A stretch of 64,000 bases of DNA from Microthyrium microscopicum (taxonomy: Eukaryota), in the NCBI GenBank assembly GCA_010405405.1, contig MU004232.1:701481-765480 (forward strand), given 5' to 3'. The notes under the pieces were generated by a model that saw nothing but the letters and a program-made list of their open reading frames with translations, was not told where the DNA came from and made no database searches. Positions 47,579 through 61,860 of this stretch are shown here, in pieces. Every line of letters begins with the position of its first letter. The stretch's first letter is position 1. A program made the translations under genes and the position numbers.

Positions 47579-50264
47579 ATGCCTGAAGTAGGACAAGTTC
47601 AGGTCGCTGAGCAGTCGGTAATAGCTCGCTGGGTATATAAAAGTGTATCAGGAACTACGCTAGTTCACTGTAGTGCGAGCTTTATGAATAAACAATAAAT
47701 TCATATCCATCAGGCTCTCTTTGCAAAAGTATCGTGAAATATGCTATACTGGAAGTGCATTTCTCTTTGTCTGAACATGTGATAGATGAACACTGCCATG
47801 ATCAAATCAGCATTGGTCCAACTATCGCTACTAACAACTCTACCACTGAAATTGATTCCAGACTATATTGTCGATAAACAAGAAGCTTACGGCCAACGAA
47901 GTTGCAAAGTTTTCTTATAGCATGCACAACAAGTTTAAACAAATCGAACTAGCATCAGCTCAATCTTCCTGTGGAACCAAAGTGCTTTTTTAAGACATGT
48001 ACTCTGCTTTAATGGCCCAATAGAAACATCCTTGATGACATAACGTTGCATTGCCTCTGATCAACCCGGGGCACCAACCTACAAACCAGGATATCTTAAC
48101 ATGCTCATGATAGGGGTGCATAAACTCTACATCATGTCGACGTAGAGTCGATCCACTATCTCTACATGCAGAATTTAGTAGCAGCAGTAATGCAAAAGTG
48201 CAAAGTAGTTCTTCCATGGAACGTCGATTCTCGATTAACAAACACTGAATCATCTCTACAGGTACTATCTCTTACTTGATCACCTGTATATCCGGGAGAG
48301 CTTACCTCATTGTAAATCTTCTCACCAGCCTCTCAACTCAATGTCCAATTGTGAAAAGGTAGCTAGATACATACCAGGTACCACAGTCCCCTACCTGATA
48401 GTACAAATATGCTAGGAAGTGTCTGCTATAACTACTGCGGACCTCGGGAATATATTCCGAGCGAATGGGTGGCCCTGTAAAACCGCGCCAGGCTGGCGGT
48501 ATTATTCGTTACTGCCAGCGAAGGTAAAAGGGTCGAAAAGTCTTCGATACGATTGACTTGGACTGTTGATATTGATATTAGCCATCTTATAACATGGTAT
48601 CAGTGAATTGCACATTGCTATCATCGCTAAAACCTCACATGCCTTCAAATCCTCAAAATAGTTGGTGGAGGCGCATCTTCCCCTCTTTCAAATGTTTCGA
48701 ATCTTCGTGACAGCATCGGCTCGAGTTCGCGAGGTGTTTAGACATGGGCGGAGATTGAGCAAATTATGCAAGATCAATGATATCAGATAGATGTTGACGT
48801 ATCAGTTCATGTCGAGATATTGTCCTGGTTTGGAAAGTGTAGATCCTCAAGCTTGATGCTTTCAAAAGCAAATCATATATGAGGATGATCGTGAATCGTA
48901 AGATTGTTCAGCCTGTACTGAGAAGCCCCTCAGATCTCCCACCACAACGGCTTTTGATGCATGGCTATCTGGTAAGCACAGGCATGTCTAACAAACGAGA
49001 AGACTCTGTGCCCTGACATTGTGCAGGGCTGCAGAGATACTCATTTTCACGAGCTTTCTAACGAGTCCTGAAAATTGTGGGAGAAATGCTGAGAGCTTCA
49101 CGAAGCAATGTGGAAAGTACTGAAGCTCTCACATTCCAGGTCTATCCAGGACAAGATATGGAAATAATATCAAACAAATGAGTGGATGAGAGCTCAAGGT
49201 CCAACTGCCGTCCTGCAAAGAATTAACCTTTAAGCATGTGCATGTGGTTGCACAACAAGCCGTTGGACTTGGTTGTTGAAAAGCAAGATCGAATTGCTTT
49301 TTATGTGCTTTGACAAGGAACCACCTGCAGATGGCGATTCAACCATGCCCCACAACGCTTGGTAGATGCCCGCCACTGCTGTCATGCTGCATCTGGCTTT
49401 GCAGCGCTCACCCAGGGCCTCAGGCACTGGTTCAAGCTTTGGAGGTTGGTATGGAATGGTTGATGCTTCATCATTGTGGATGTTGTGACTCGTGAGGGTG
49501 TCGTGGGGAGCACGCGAGCGGTTGCTGGCGGGCGGACACGCGGGTCCTGCCATGAAAGCCGTCTGACCAACGAGTATTTCCATCCAATAAAATCGAGCAG
49601 ACCATTCTTTGTCCGTCACTCTAGTGAAGATGGGTCCCGGGAGAAATTCTGACGGTTGATAGCTCTAGTCTCTACGCTTGAGGTTGCAAGAACGTAAGAG
49701 TTTTTCTGGGTGATGAACAGGCCAACCCGGCATAAATATGGGCTAGCAACACCTTCGAAGCATAAAACTCGAGAAATAGCTTTGATAACGAGCAAGGCTG
49801 CCCTGGACTTTTGGGGGCAATTGGCCAATGATATGGATTGGGTCGTTCATCCGCCAGCCCGGGACCCCAAGGCTGTGGAACTAATTGATCGGGGATTTTT
49901 AGCTCTTCCAAGTGCCTGAAAAGCAATGGTAAAGATTCTTTCAGCGACTCAAGAGGCGAAAAATGAACGCCTCTTGCACGCAAGTTGCAGCTAACGACGT
50001 GCCGTGTTGTGGGCCACCACAACGGGCGAGAAAGCTAGTCCAAATGCTACATGGCGTCCTGCGAAGATAATAGTTTGTGGGACGAAAAGCCTCTGATCGT
50101 TCTCATATAGACCTGGGAGCTTCTGCTTCGGAGACTCGGTCGCATTTTTGTCGTACACATTCTAACCTCCTTCATTCACCTGTATTCCTTTCTTTCTTTT
50201 CTCGTCACGTCTGTTCTGCAAGATCAATCCAACTGTTCCAAGTTGATACTGCAGTTCAGTCAAG

Positions 50265-52043
50265 ATGGACAACTCCGAGCTATTCAAACATGAAGGATCC
50301 GATCACCATCATGTCAAAAACGAGACTGAATCCCGGTCATCGGATTTCGAGGAGGGCGCGGGTGGTGTAGATGCTACAGATATGTATCGTATGGGCAAAG
50401 AACAACAATTCAGAGTACGTTGACGCGCTGTCAATCGCGATATCTCATGTTCAAAGAACTAACTTTACTAGCGTATATTTCGCGTCTCTACAATGATGTT
50501 CTTCACATCAATGGTTCAGTCAACATGGGAAATTATATTAATGTATGCGCTGCCAACATGCCAATTGCACATTCACTAACGACTACAGTGCCCCAATTGG
50601 AGGTATAATCAATGGTGGTCTTGCCGGTCTCTTTTGGAGTTACATCTGGACTTTTGTCGGCTTCGTTTTCATCGTATTGTCACTAGCTGAGATGGCCAGT
50701 ATGGCCCCGACGAGCGGAGGACAGTATCATTGGGTGTCTGAATTCGCGCCGCGCAGACAACAACGCTTCCTCAGTTACATGTCTGGATGGATGGCCACTC
50801 TTTCATGGCAAGCTGGTTCCGCTGGAGGATCTTTCCTTATCGGAACGCTTATCCAAGGCTGCTTGACTGCATATAAACCAACCTACATTGCTGAACGATG
50901 GCAGGGAACGCTTTTCGTTTTCGCAGTGGCCGCGCTCGAAGGCTTTGTGAACATTCTGCTCGTCAATTGGCTTCCATGGCTCCAAACTGTCATGATCTTC
51001 CCTCACGGACTCGGTTGGATCGCTGTCATTGGATTCTTAGTGGCTCTTTCTCCAAAGGCTTCCGCTCATGATGTGTTCTTGAACTTTACCAGCAACGGCG
51101 GATGGGAACCCATTGGATTGAGTCTCATGGTTGGACAAATCACTTCGGTTTACTTCATGATCTTGTCCGATTCCGCTGCCCATCTTGCGGAAGAAGTCAA
51201 GACAGCTTCTCGAGCAGTTCCACAGGCTATGATCTGGAGTTTCTTTTCCAACATGTTGGTAGGATTCTTCATTCTAATCACTTTCATTTTCTGTATGCCA
51301 GACATCAACTCGATCCTCGATCCAACAATCAACCCATCTGGCTCCGCCCTCCTTTACGTCTTTCAAAAAGCGTCATACTGGGGCGCTATTCCATTACTGG
51401 TCATCATACTTCTCGTCATGATTACTGGTATCATCGATTCCAACGCGTCTACATCCCGTCAAACCTTCGCCTTTGCCCGTGACGGCGGTCTCCCATTCAA
51501 GAGATTCCTAGCCAAAGTCACCAAGGTACGCTAATTTCCATCTCACGTTTTATAAATACACTAACTCCTCCACAGAGCCCAGGCGGCACCCCCGTCCCCA
51601 TGAACTCCATTATCGTAACCTGTATCATAAGCTGCCTCCTCTCTCTCATCAACATCGGCTCCAGCGTCGCCTTCAACGCCATAATCTCCCTCCAACTCAT
51701 GGCCCTAATGGCCACCTACTCCATCTCCATTGGCTGCGTTCTCTGGCAACGAACCGTCAACGGAGGCGCACATCTCCCATATGCTCGCTGGTCACTTGGC
51801 TCATTCGGCACACCTGTCAATGCCATCGCATTTGTGTACAGCATATTCATTTTCTTCTGGACTGGTTGGCCTGGCGCTGCGGATCCTACGTTGCAGACTT
51901 TCAACTGGTCACCTGTCATGTTTGGCGGTGTGCTGATTCTTTCGCTGGTGTATTATGTGATATATGGCCGCACGCATTATAAGGGACCTGTCGTATTGGT
52001 CAGGTCCGGCGCTGGCGTTTCTCATAGTGGTGGCAGCTTTTGA
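50265..52043 (+). CDS. APC-family amino acid/GABA/choline permease, multi-exon
   Basis: DMYRMGKEQQF, SLAEMASMAPTSGGQYHWVSEFAP, DSAAHLAEE, SRQTFAFARDGGLPF and LSLINIGSSVAFNAI. Confidence 0.95.
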
Positions 52044-52348
52044 AGATTCTTACGCGGAAGGGGATCTCTCTTACCATCTGGCGCGGGCCTGAGTATTACG
52101 ACAGCATATGCGTATTGGTTCCATATCTGAGCCCTCACGGGCCGAGTGCTATAATTATAGAAATAAAAACAAAAAGTTTAAAATGATAATATGCAAATTC
52201 CCGTCACAAACTACGAAATCCGGAAGAAGCTGGACCGTAATAAGTACAAAGGTTGTTTTAACATTCTATGCCGACCTCTTCTACTCTCTATTGACTACTA
52301 GTACCCTACCTTCTCACCCATCCATCAATCTCCCCATTGATTAGATAT

Positions 52349-52734
52349 CTATCCAACTCTAGCAGCACCAGTGCAGACAAGGTCACCAACGTTAAGGTTA
52401 GGATAGGTCTGGTACTTATCACTAGAAAACGAGTTAGCATACCGCCCAGTATGAAATATAAAAAACTTACGGGTTCAATCCAATGAGTGGCTTTCCACTG
52501 GTAGGATTGCCAGTGTTCTGGGCAATGCTGTAGTAAGTATCACCACTTTCAACTTCCCAGTAGCTATTGCCTATTCTTGGTATTAGCGCGCTTCCTTCTC
52601 AGGAGAAGTCCATGTTACTTACAAGGCATGACGCCTGGTCGGTTTGGACCGTCAGGGAGGTTTCCAATGGATCCAGCGGAGGCCATTCCGATAAGGGCAG
52701 CAACAGCTGCAGCGGCACAGACGTAAGACTTCAT
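52349..52734 (-). CDS. Small secreted single-LysM protein; introns 52571-52622 and 52422-52470 (absent from the ORF track)
   Basis: Signal peptide MKSYVCAAAAVAALIGMASA, then C-NSYWEVESGDTYYSIA...LIGLNP...NLNVGDLVC (fungal LysM pattern). Confidence 0.88.
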
Positions 52735-53549
52735 TTTGATGGATTTATGTAAGAATTGATACGGTTTTGAGGTCGCGATGTGTAGTCTTGAATTCGTGGG
52801 TGCGGTTGTGGATGTAATTAAAGATATCGAGGATGGCCTAGATTAGCCTGTCTCTTTGATAGAGCGTCTTTGATTGGGAGAATGGTCGTTTCCGGATATG
52901 GCCTGGTAAGGTATTTTTGAAAGAGGTTGTGATTGTGAATATTCAATGGCAAGTAGAACAAAGAACTTTCGCTTCAAACTGCAAGAACCCTCCGTACATC
53001 TAAGACGGCGGCCGATTTATTTGGTGATGGACGTAGTAACCCTGCTTGATGTTGTGTCTCTGAAAGAGATTCATGCGGCTTTCATGGTCTTAATGACATC
53101 TCTTACGGTTCTTCCTTAGTCACTGACCATGTATCACGATTGGATAACAAAGAACTGGCACAGATCATGCTATCATTCTTTGTTCCTGGAGCGTACTTCT
53201 AGCAGGTAGCCAAAGCTAACACGACCAGTGAGACAATTGGAGCACTAGGAACACACTTGTGCGTCAAATGGCAGCTCACATGCTCGAGAAGAAGGATCAG
53301 TATTGAGAAGATAACAAAGCGGTTCCACCTGTTGCTAGGCAGACTTCGAATTTGACATTAAGAGTAGTAAAGGAGTGTTTCTAAAGATCAAAAGTACAAC
53401 TTCAACTGCCACCCATCAAATGTCCACACTTTACAATTCCATCCAAGCAATATAGCCAAACATGAAGAAACTTGTCCTTCGCTGACTCAAATTAGTCACT
53501 TCGCTGCAATGATGATGGATCCAAGTTGATATGAGAGGTCATAGAACGA

Positions 53550-54041
53550 TCAATACTTTGCATGGCACGAGACGGTACTCTTGACTGCCGTGCTAGTCTT
53601 TACCACGCTTGTGACAATAGGGCAAGTTGTAATAGAAACGCTCGTGCCGACGATAGTACTTTTTGTGGTCTCAGTGCAGGTCTTGGTATAAGGAACGTCA
53701 ATAGTGGTGACTGAGGTACCAGTGACCCAGTTGGTGATGACCGAAGATGAAGATGTAGTCAAGGTCTTGGTGCTCTTGGAGCTCCCGGTTGTGAGCTTGG
53801 TATAGGTGGATGTGACAGTATCGGTGACTGGGACACCGATATATTCGGTCGAGTAGGTAGTAGTCGGAATCGTGTAAAGAGAGGTGGTGGTAGTGTATGA
53901 GGTCTTGCATGTGGAGGAGGGCGGTGTTGGGGGGTAGTAGTCGGGCGGCGGTGGAGGTCCATAGTTGGCATTTGCTTCGTCAGGAAGGGCGACGGCTGCT
54001 GCAGTAGCTGCTAGCAAGACGATGCTGATGATGGTCTTCAT
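53550..54041 (-). CDS. Small secreted Thr-rich protein
   Basis: Signal peptide MKTIISIVLLAATAAAVA, a Pro/Tyr patch and a Thr/Ser-rich body with 4 Cys. Confidence 0.8.
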   Translation of the reverse strand: MKTIISIVLLAATAAAVALPDEANANYGPPPPPDYYPPTPPSSTCKTSYTTTTSLYTIPTTTYSTEYIGVPVTDTVTSTYTKLTTGSSKSTKTLTTSSSSVITNWVTGTSVTTIDVPYTKTCTETTKSTIVGTSVSITTCPIVTSVVKTSTAVKSTVSCHAKY

Positions 54042-56176
54042 AGCTGTGGCGTTTTGGCAAAGCGAACGAGTGATGCGTAGAAATGTCTGATTTTTGACAA
54101 AGATGTCTGACGTTGGTAAGCCTGTGAAATTCGAGTGCTGAATATCTGAGATTTCTGTCAAGACTCGTACTCCTTCTTATATGCTTTACAAACCGGGACA
54201 TCGTGTCATGTATGCGGTTGAATATGGTTAGAAGTGGCTTCGTTGTCGCCGATTACTTCGCTCTGATAGTCACGATGTCTACTACCGGCGGAGTGAAGAC
54301 CGACGGGAGCGTTGCCTTGGTCACCGCTCTAGCCGGATAACCAATACTTTCTGCGCCGATCAACCATATGTCCTGGAATAATTGATTGAGGCCATCCGGT
54401 CAGATTGCAATGGTATGACGGGGGCCGCAACGTGGTCAAGGTCTTCCAATTGACGGATATCGGCATGGAAGCTCTTGCTTATTTTGGGAAGGTCTTCAAT
54501 GTGATGAGGTCCCAGCATTGGAGAAACAGGACGCTGTAGAATCCTATGCTAAGAGAGTCCACACCGCCCGCAAGCTCGGGCGATATTGTAGCCGTCAGGT
54601 GTACCTGCTGAAGTCCTTGACGGCTGCGTGCATATATTCAGGAACACAGACGGCAGGGCACCGAATCGCAAAAGTTGCTTTCCTGTGCTGCTAGTTTGTA
54701 CATGCTGCAACATTGAGTGTGTTGGTTCCGGTCAATGCTACGTCGTCAAGTCTGTGATGATGAACATACCAATTGAAGGTCCAACATGTGTTGATTTAGA
54801 GTGTGAAGATATCACAAGTCACTTAGCACAACGTGAGGATCACTGGTCCACAGCCTATTGTTGCATTGACCTCGAACGCCTTAGCCTGGTGGGTCGATTC
54901 CTGCGGAAGTAGTCGTGAAACCAAAATGATGTTCATTCAATCCGTGGGTATACTGCTTTCTGCTGGGACAGGAGCCACCAGTAGCTTTGACGTGCTGTGA
55001 TGTTGCTGGAGCAAGAAATTTCTCAATAGATGGAGCTTCTTTCCTACAACCCCTTTAGATGATAAATTTACGAAAATATAACTACCTCGTCGAGAATTGG
55101 CCTAGTGAGCCAATCTAGCGGACGGCGGTTGCCGCGCGGTAGCAAATCAGACAAGGCAGTGGTCCCATGAGGTCGGTTTGATAGAAGAATAGTTGCTTCC
55201 CTGGGCCATAAACAGGTGACACAGCAGGAACTATATCCTGATCGTAGCGTAAGCTCTCCAGATTGATTTGATAACAGAAGGCTGTATCATTGGTTTCCTG
55301 AGGCCACTGAACCATTGAAACCTCAGCAACAAAATGGTAAGGAAAGGTAGCTTAGCCGTTCCAAACACCAATGGTGAGTATAGTTCTGGAAGGCGGAAAT
55401 CTTTTCTCAGCTAGAGCAAGTCGAACGATCCACTGTGTCACAGACAACGTGGTGTTACGCGGGGGCGTTGGAATTGTTTACACAGGATTCACTGGCAAGT
55501 TCGTATATATTGACAGGCGGTTGAGCTGTCTTGTCGGTCTTTGGAGGCTCAGGGCGAATAATCCAATGTGCCAACTATTGTCGGAAGTTGGATAGTCGTT
55601 GAAACATCCCGGGGTAATGAATGCTTGTGTCCTACGGCGAAGGTGTATCGTAGCAGTAAGTGCACGTGTCGATCGTATTATCTAGCCTTGTGTTACTTCT
55701 TCGGAAGCTGTCTGGGGTATCTCAGCCTCCTTTATTGACTACTGACGTTGACTGCTGGAGATCTGTAGGGCAACATGTCAGTGGTTATTGGTACCAGGGT
55801 ACAGACAATCCGCTATTGAATCATATCTGTGTGGTATAATTTCAATGCAGGCTCGCAAAACGCAGCGAATTGCTGGTTCATTGAAGGGCGACGGACTCTA
55901 TGTCTTAGAATCTGCCGTATTCTGTACCTGCTGCTTGTCAGAATGATAGTTGCTTTCTGTACCTGTCCGGGCAGAAGCAGTGAAACGACGTAATATTAAC
56001 TGCGAGCTCACTTGACGTTGTGGAAGCAGACAAGCTACCGGGGCATGCGTTGGCGAGGGCGAAGAATAGTCTGGAGGTTGGTAGCAAATACTGCATCAGA
56101 GATCGACGCAATTATGATATGTATTACAAGTGCGTGAATCATCTAGTCAGTCTTGTATTCATTGTTATAACTGACA

Positions 56177-58907
56177 CTAAGCAACATATCCGTATATGTT
56201 CTTCTTGCTAGGATCTTCTTCCTCCAAACGACACATGTAATCCTTTTCGATCAACCTAGAAGGCTAGTTAGTGTCTAAAGGATAGATGTTGGGAGCTGAA
56301 ACCAACGTACCTATCGATTTGCTTCTTGATGTCTGGCAAGGATAGTTTGCCACGTTTCTGAGTAGCTGTGATGACGTCCGCAATGAGAAGATTGTGTGCA
56401 TATTCCTTTTTGCTCTTCATAATGCGTACGATGGCTGCTTGAGTCTCAAACTCTCGATCCAAAGCCACTCGCTCGTGGGTCTCCTTGTTCTCTTTCTTCG
56501 TTTCCTTTTGCTGGATCCGATTGATTTTGACGCGGTACTTGGGGCTTTTGAACTTTGTATTGATGAAGAATACATCGCTTGTGCCAATGTCGCGCCCTTC
56601 GGGTCGCTTTCTCAGTGGCCTAAGTTTGGCGCAAGCTAAAGACTGTAGAGTGAGCTTAAGGTCTTCGTCTGGTAATCCAGTTGTCGCCTTGATCATTTCG
56701 TAAGACAGTTCTTCTTCCCCTGAAACATTGTTGAACATGAGAAGGACCGCAGCTTGGAAAGCAGAGACGATGAGCTCCTTTGGTCCAGCTGGGAATCGCG
56801 CTACAATTGAAGTGTGATGAAGAGCGTATTTCCAGTGGAGTTTTCGATTGTTATGATGGGCGTTGTAACTTGTCTCAAACTTGGCTATTACCTTTTGAAC
56901 CTCCACGGGAACATTGAAGTTGATGTCAGGGTAGGATGGCCATGCAGCCGATGAGAGAACGTGTACAGTCAGATCAATTGGGGACTTGTAGCCTGCTTCA
57001 GTTTGTCGCGCTTTGTATTCGATCAGCTCTTCACGGGACAATTCCATATCATTGAACATTGTTTCGAGGTTTTGTGTAAATCCGGATCCGCATTCCGTCC
57101 TCAAGCGATTGATCATGCTCAATTCGGCGTCAGCACTTGCACTGCGGCCGAGGAGTAATCGCCGTGCCAAATCTCGCTTGTAGAATGCTTCAAACACTGC
57201 TTTGCCATGTAGGAAGCGGAAGAGATCAAGGACTTGATCAAGTTGCTCGTTAATAACGCCATCTTCATCATGAACTTCGTTATCGTCTTCCTCTGCTACT
57301 GCCGCGGTTTGAGTAGCTTTAAGTGAGGATGGAATTGCCTTGGATCCTCCCTCTAGTAGCATGTTGACGTACTTTGCAATCATTTCTCCTTGTTTGGTAT
57401 TGTCCGTTCCATGATTGGCTTTAGACTTTTTGGTTTTGTTCATGAATTCTTCAAAGGCCTCTCGGAGTTTGGCTAGGTATTCCCGATTGCGATGAAACGA
57501 CTCGATATACATAAAATCGATTTGTCTTTTGAGCGCGAGAAGTTTGATGACCATTTGATCGTCGTGTTCTTCGTCAAACACGATTTCTGTTCCTCGATCT
57601 CGAATCCATTTTTCAAATGGGCCAATGATCTCATTGGATTGTTTACATCGTCCGAGCAAGGTGTACAAGCGCTCAAGATTCACTTTATCATTTTCGTCTA
57701 GTAGCTCGTGCACCTCTTTTTCGGATACAAGACGATCTACCTGCCTCTCTATAGCAAGAAGTTCAAGACTTTCAGATAAACTCCTCTTGGTAAACGATGT
57801 GAGGTTGAGGTCAGATGCACGTTTATCTTCCAGCTGGAAAAGGGCCATGACTGAGTTGACATATGTGGAGAGCGCTTCTGACTTGCTTTTCTCCACGGAC
57901 CATTCGTGAAAGAACTTTTGCGACTCGGCCAATAGACGTGGCTCAAGTTTCGTGTTGTAAAGGCCCAGGTCAGCGAACATTTTCACCCCAGCTTTACATG
58001 TGCCAGCCTCATATGCAGCACCAGTGCGAGTGCGAGAACCATGAATCAAATCACAAACACCGGCAAGAGCTTTTTCACCTAGCAGCTTATCATCGAGTAC
58101 GACATCCCTGAAAATTTCTTTGCACATGTCGGCAAGATTCTTGGACTGGCTAAGGAGATATGTGCGCTCGAGAAAGTAGAATATATCTCGCACAAAATCC
58201 GTTCGCTTCTTCCAGATATAGAATTCCTCAAGGATAGATTTGAGGGCTTGTGGGCTCGGAGTATCAACGTCAACTTTTCGCGAAAGGACATTCTTCATCG
58301 TAGTCGTAGCATGATCGCTCAAACGCGTGGTAAGGCACCTGCAAAGGTCGGCAGCTCGACCTTGTTTACATATATTTTCCACGCCTTTGTATAGGTCCTC
58401 GTTGGAGAAGCCAAGGGTTTGACCTTGTAGAATGATGTCCAAAGCTCTTTCTAGTTTCTTGACTGTCGCATTATAGTAGTCCTGAGGGCTGGACTTTGCT
58501 TTGCGGAAGTTTCGCACTGTGAGAACTTTTGTATCGATTTTGACCGGAGAGCTAATCACAGCTGGCCGAGATATTCTGAGTGGAGGTGGCGATGAGGATT
58601 GTGAGCTTGTGAGATCCACAATCTCGGGCTGTCTTTTGACAATCTCGGGTTGTCTTTTGGCATACATCTTGCAAGGTGTTGTAGGTGCAACCTTTGCTGG
58701 TTCAAGAGTTGAGTCAAGTTTACGACGCTTGGGATCCGGGTGGTAGTGTTCGTGTGAACTCGCTGTTCGAGATGCTCCTTCAGAGGCTTTGGAGCTTAAT
58801 TGCTTTGATATGTTCTGGTTGGATGTTGGGTTCTTTGGCAAGTCGCGCTTCTTGGTGGGTAAAACGTCCCCGTTGGAAGATGAGGCTGTGTCCGCGTTTT
58901 TCGGCAT
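56177..58907 (-). CDS. CUL4: Cullin-4; one 3' intron ~56256-56310
   Basis: EDLYKGVENICKQ, IFYFLERTY, LFRFLHGKAVFEAFYKRDLARRLLLGRSASADAE, ECGSGFTQNLE and the neddylation motif AAIVRIMK. Confidence 0.93.
58618..58659. repeat. In-frame 21-bp tandem duplication (KRQPEIV x2) in the cullin N-terminal tail
   Basis: acaatctcgggctgtcttttg followed by acaatctcgggttgtcttttg. Confidence 0.9.
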
Positions 58908-59569
58908 TAATTTGAGATGGTGAGACAAGAGTCACCGAGTGCGGTACGGGTAGGGGAATTTGTAGATAGCGGGACTGCGGGACCAGCGAAGTGCATGATG
59001 GTATCAAAGTCGCCATGAAGTTGAGCTCGGTCACGGCATTAAGAAGGCCCACATCGGATTTAACCCGCCACGTGGTCCGAGCTTCCGATTGATCTTATCA
59101 AGATCTTGATGCCATCGCGACTTCGTTCAGTTCCTATCCTTCTTAAATGCGACGAGAACATGTGCGTCAACCTCAATCTTCATGGGAAAGAGAGCACTAG
59201 CTTGAAAAGTAATCAGGACAGGCCGATCCACCACAGGTCTTGCTCTGAGGTGAAATTGGAAACATTCAACAGGTACCGCCAGCCTTGCGTATGGAGCTGG
59301 CAAAAGAATATAACGTAGGCTCAAGAATACGCGCAGGTGAGAGTGTCAGAGCTCAAAGATTGGCATCAAGGACGCACTACGGCACCTCCTTGGAGTCTTG
59401 CGGAGACCAGGAGACTGCAGCCTAACTCGTGCACTGTAGAATGGTGGACAAGCGAGACAGCGCACTTCCCTTGTCTTGATACTTTCGAAAACTCGATTCT
59501 ATCAGCTTAGTTTGCATCACTCCACACTCAAGCATATTGCTTTCTACTTCTTAAGTCTCTCCCTTGGCT

Positions 59570-60472
59570 ATGGCTCCTCAAATCAACACATCTCGCTACT
59601 ATCTCGAGTGGAAAGGCCACCAAGTAGCTGATCTGACCGCATTTCACTCTCACATCCTCTCGAGTAGACCAGACAAGCCTGTTGTCTATCTCGCCGGTGA
59701 TTCATCACTGGACAATAAATTCTGGGTTCAAAAATCCGATCTGGAAGATCTCCCAGATGTGCAAACTCCAGGTATCTATCAAGGCATCCTAAAGGATCCA
59801 AAACCGAAGCCCGATGTGGCTTTCTGGCTGAATCATGCACTTGGAAATGAAGCCACAGCACTCAACACAGCGGTCGAAGAATCTATGCTGCGCGACCGAG
59901 ACGAAGACCTCTTGGAACACGATAAGTTCATTAGAGATCACATCAGGGCAGAAGATGTGTTGATCGTCTCTGTTGGTGCCAATGACATCGCATTGCGGCC
60001 AACGAAATCAACCATGTGGAATATGTTCCGGCTGGCTTGGTTGACGCCACGATGGTTTCTGGAACGCGGTTGGGCTCTTGGACATTTCAAGCACATGTTC
60101 AAAGATCAAGTGCAGACATACATCTCTAGATTAGTTGAGAAGACGAAACCGAAAGCTATCATAGTTTGCATGATTTACTATCCACTGGAGAGGACTGAAG
60201 ACCAAAGCAGCTGGGCAGACATGCAGCTCAAATTGCTTGGGTACGACCGTTGGCCATCGCAGCTTCAAACTGGAATCAGAAAAATGTATGAGCTGGCTAC
60301 GCAGAAAGTACAGATCCCGGGGACAACAGTTGTCCCATGTGCGCTGTTCGAAGTTTTAGATGGGAAGAATTCTGAAGATTATACAGCGAGAGTTGAACCA
60401 AGTTGTGAAGGAGGACGAAAGATGGCGGTATGTTTTAAGGACATCTTGGATTCACTACAACATCTTGTATAA
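59570..60472 (+). CDS. SGNH/GDSL-like hydrolase
   Basis: VYLAGDSSLDN (block I), SVGANDI (block III) and C-terminal DYTARVEPS. Confidence 0.75.
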   Translation: MAPQINTSRYYLEWKGHQVADLTAFHSHILSSRPDKPVVYLAGDSSLDNKFWVQKSDLEDLPDVQTPGIYQGILKDPKPKPDVAFWLNHALGNEATALNTAVEESMLRDRDEDLLEHDKFIRDHIRAEDVLIVSVGANDIALRPTKSTMWNMFRLAWLTPRWFLERGWALGHFKHMFKDQVQTYISRLVEKTKPKAIIVCMIYYPLERTEDQSSWADMQLKLLGYDRWPSQLQTGIRKMYELATQKVQIPGTTVVPCALFEVLDGKNSEDYTARVEPSCEGGRKMAVCFKDILDSLQHLV

Positions 60473-60879
60473 CATAAAACGTTACAATACTCCGAACCGA
60501 AAGGCCATCTGGGCCCTTGATCCAGCTGCCGATAATATCTGCCCATATTATTGGCTTTTCATTTTCAAATAGCTGTCAAGAGGGCCATCGAAGATGCCGG
60601 AAATGCCGATAATACTCTAGCCATGTACAAGCCCAAGCCCTGTGAGTGCTCCTTCAATTTGGCATACACGCGCTTTGCGGCGCCAATAGATAGGACAGTT
60701 GCAGCATTAAATCAATCTAGATGATTATTGAATTACCCTATAGACTATGCCAATACTAATCAACCACTACATTTGAGCATTCTTAAACCGACTTCATCCC
60801 GGCTTCAAAGCACTGCAGAGTAAGATACGACAGCTCTTCTAAATTTACCAAGACATATCATTACACACTCGTTTTTACA

Positions 60880-61765
60880 ATGAAGTACATTTCACTGCTC
60901 GCCATAGTGGCACAAACTGCTGTTGTTCTTGCCCTACCACAAGACGCTCCAGCAGCACCCAAGGCTGGAGGTGCTGGAAAAGGGGGTAAAGGTGGTATGG
61001 GCAAAACACCAACACCATTTGGACCAGTTCCAAACGGCTGCGGAAGTCTTGAGATCCTGATTGGTAAGAACCACAGATACTTCCCACCAAACTGTCGACT
61101 AACGATAGTGTAGGCCGTGGAACTTCAGAGCGAGGTCCATTTGGACAATGGGTTGGCGACAACCTAGTCCCAGCAGTGGCAAAAGTAGTACCAGGAAGCC
61201 GTGGATACCCTGTGCAGGTAAATCCAAATCGCTGTGACTCTTTTCTACCTAAGTACTGACGAAATCGCAGTATCCGGCTGATATGTCTTCAACGTCTGTC
61301 TCCACTGGATCAGCAGATGTTGTTGCACGCCTGATAGATCAGAATAAAGCTTGCCCGGATGAGAAGTTTGTCCTTGTAGGCTACTCGCAAGGTGCCAGCG
61401 TGATGAGAAATGCGGCACCCAAGATCCCCAAGGAATTATATCCTAAGATCATCGCATTGGTGATGTTCGGCGATCCAGGATTGAAAAGGGGACAGAAGTT
61501 TCCCGAAGGACTGGAGAGCAAATTGTTCGACAACTGTGCTCCGGGTGATCCAGTAAGTAGACCTTGTAATAGACCGAAGAAGAAAAAGCTAAGACGATAG
61601 GTCTGTGATGCCTCCGGTGCCCCAGACACCGATATGGCGCATATCAAGTATGGCAAAGGAGCAGGAGCTAATAACGTTTTCCATCAAGAGTCGGCCAAGT
61701 TCATTGCTGCTGCTTTTAAGGGAACACCATTACCAGCGAGGGTCTTTACGGGGAAAGAGGTCTAA
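60880..61765 (+). CDS. Secreted cutinase, three introns
   Basis: Signal peptide, RGTSE, LVGYSQGA, MFGDP, CAPGDP|VCD and a catalytic His in AHIKY. Confidence 0.93.
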
Positions 61766-61860
61766 AGAGTCGTGGGGCTACACAGAGAAATCTATATAGA
61801 TTCAGTTAGCAGAAATACAGGGGGTTGATGGTGTGGCCTGATTCATCGTCAAGCATTTGA

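Noticed and set aside
54600..55950. Possible pseudogene between the Thr-rich gene and CUL4
   Set aside because: There are only short fragments with no identifiable motif.
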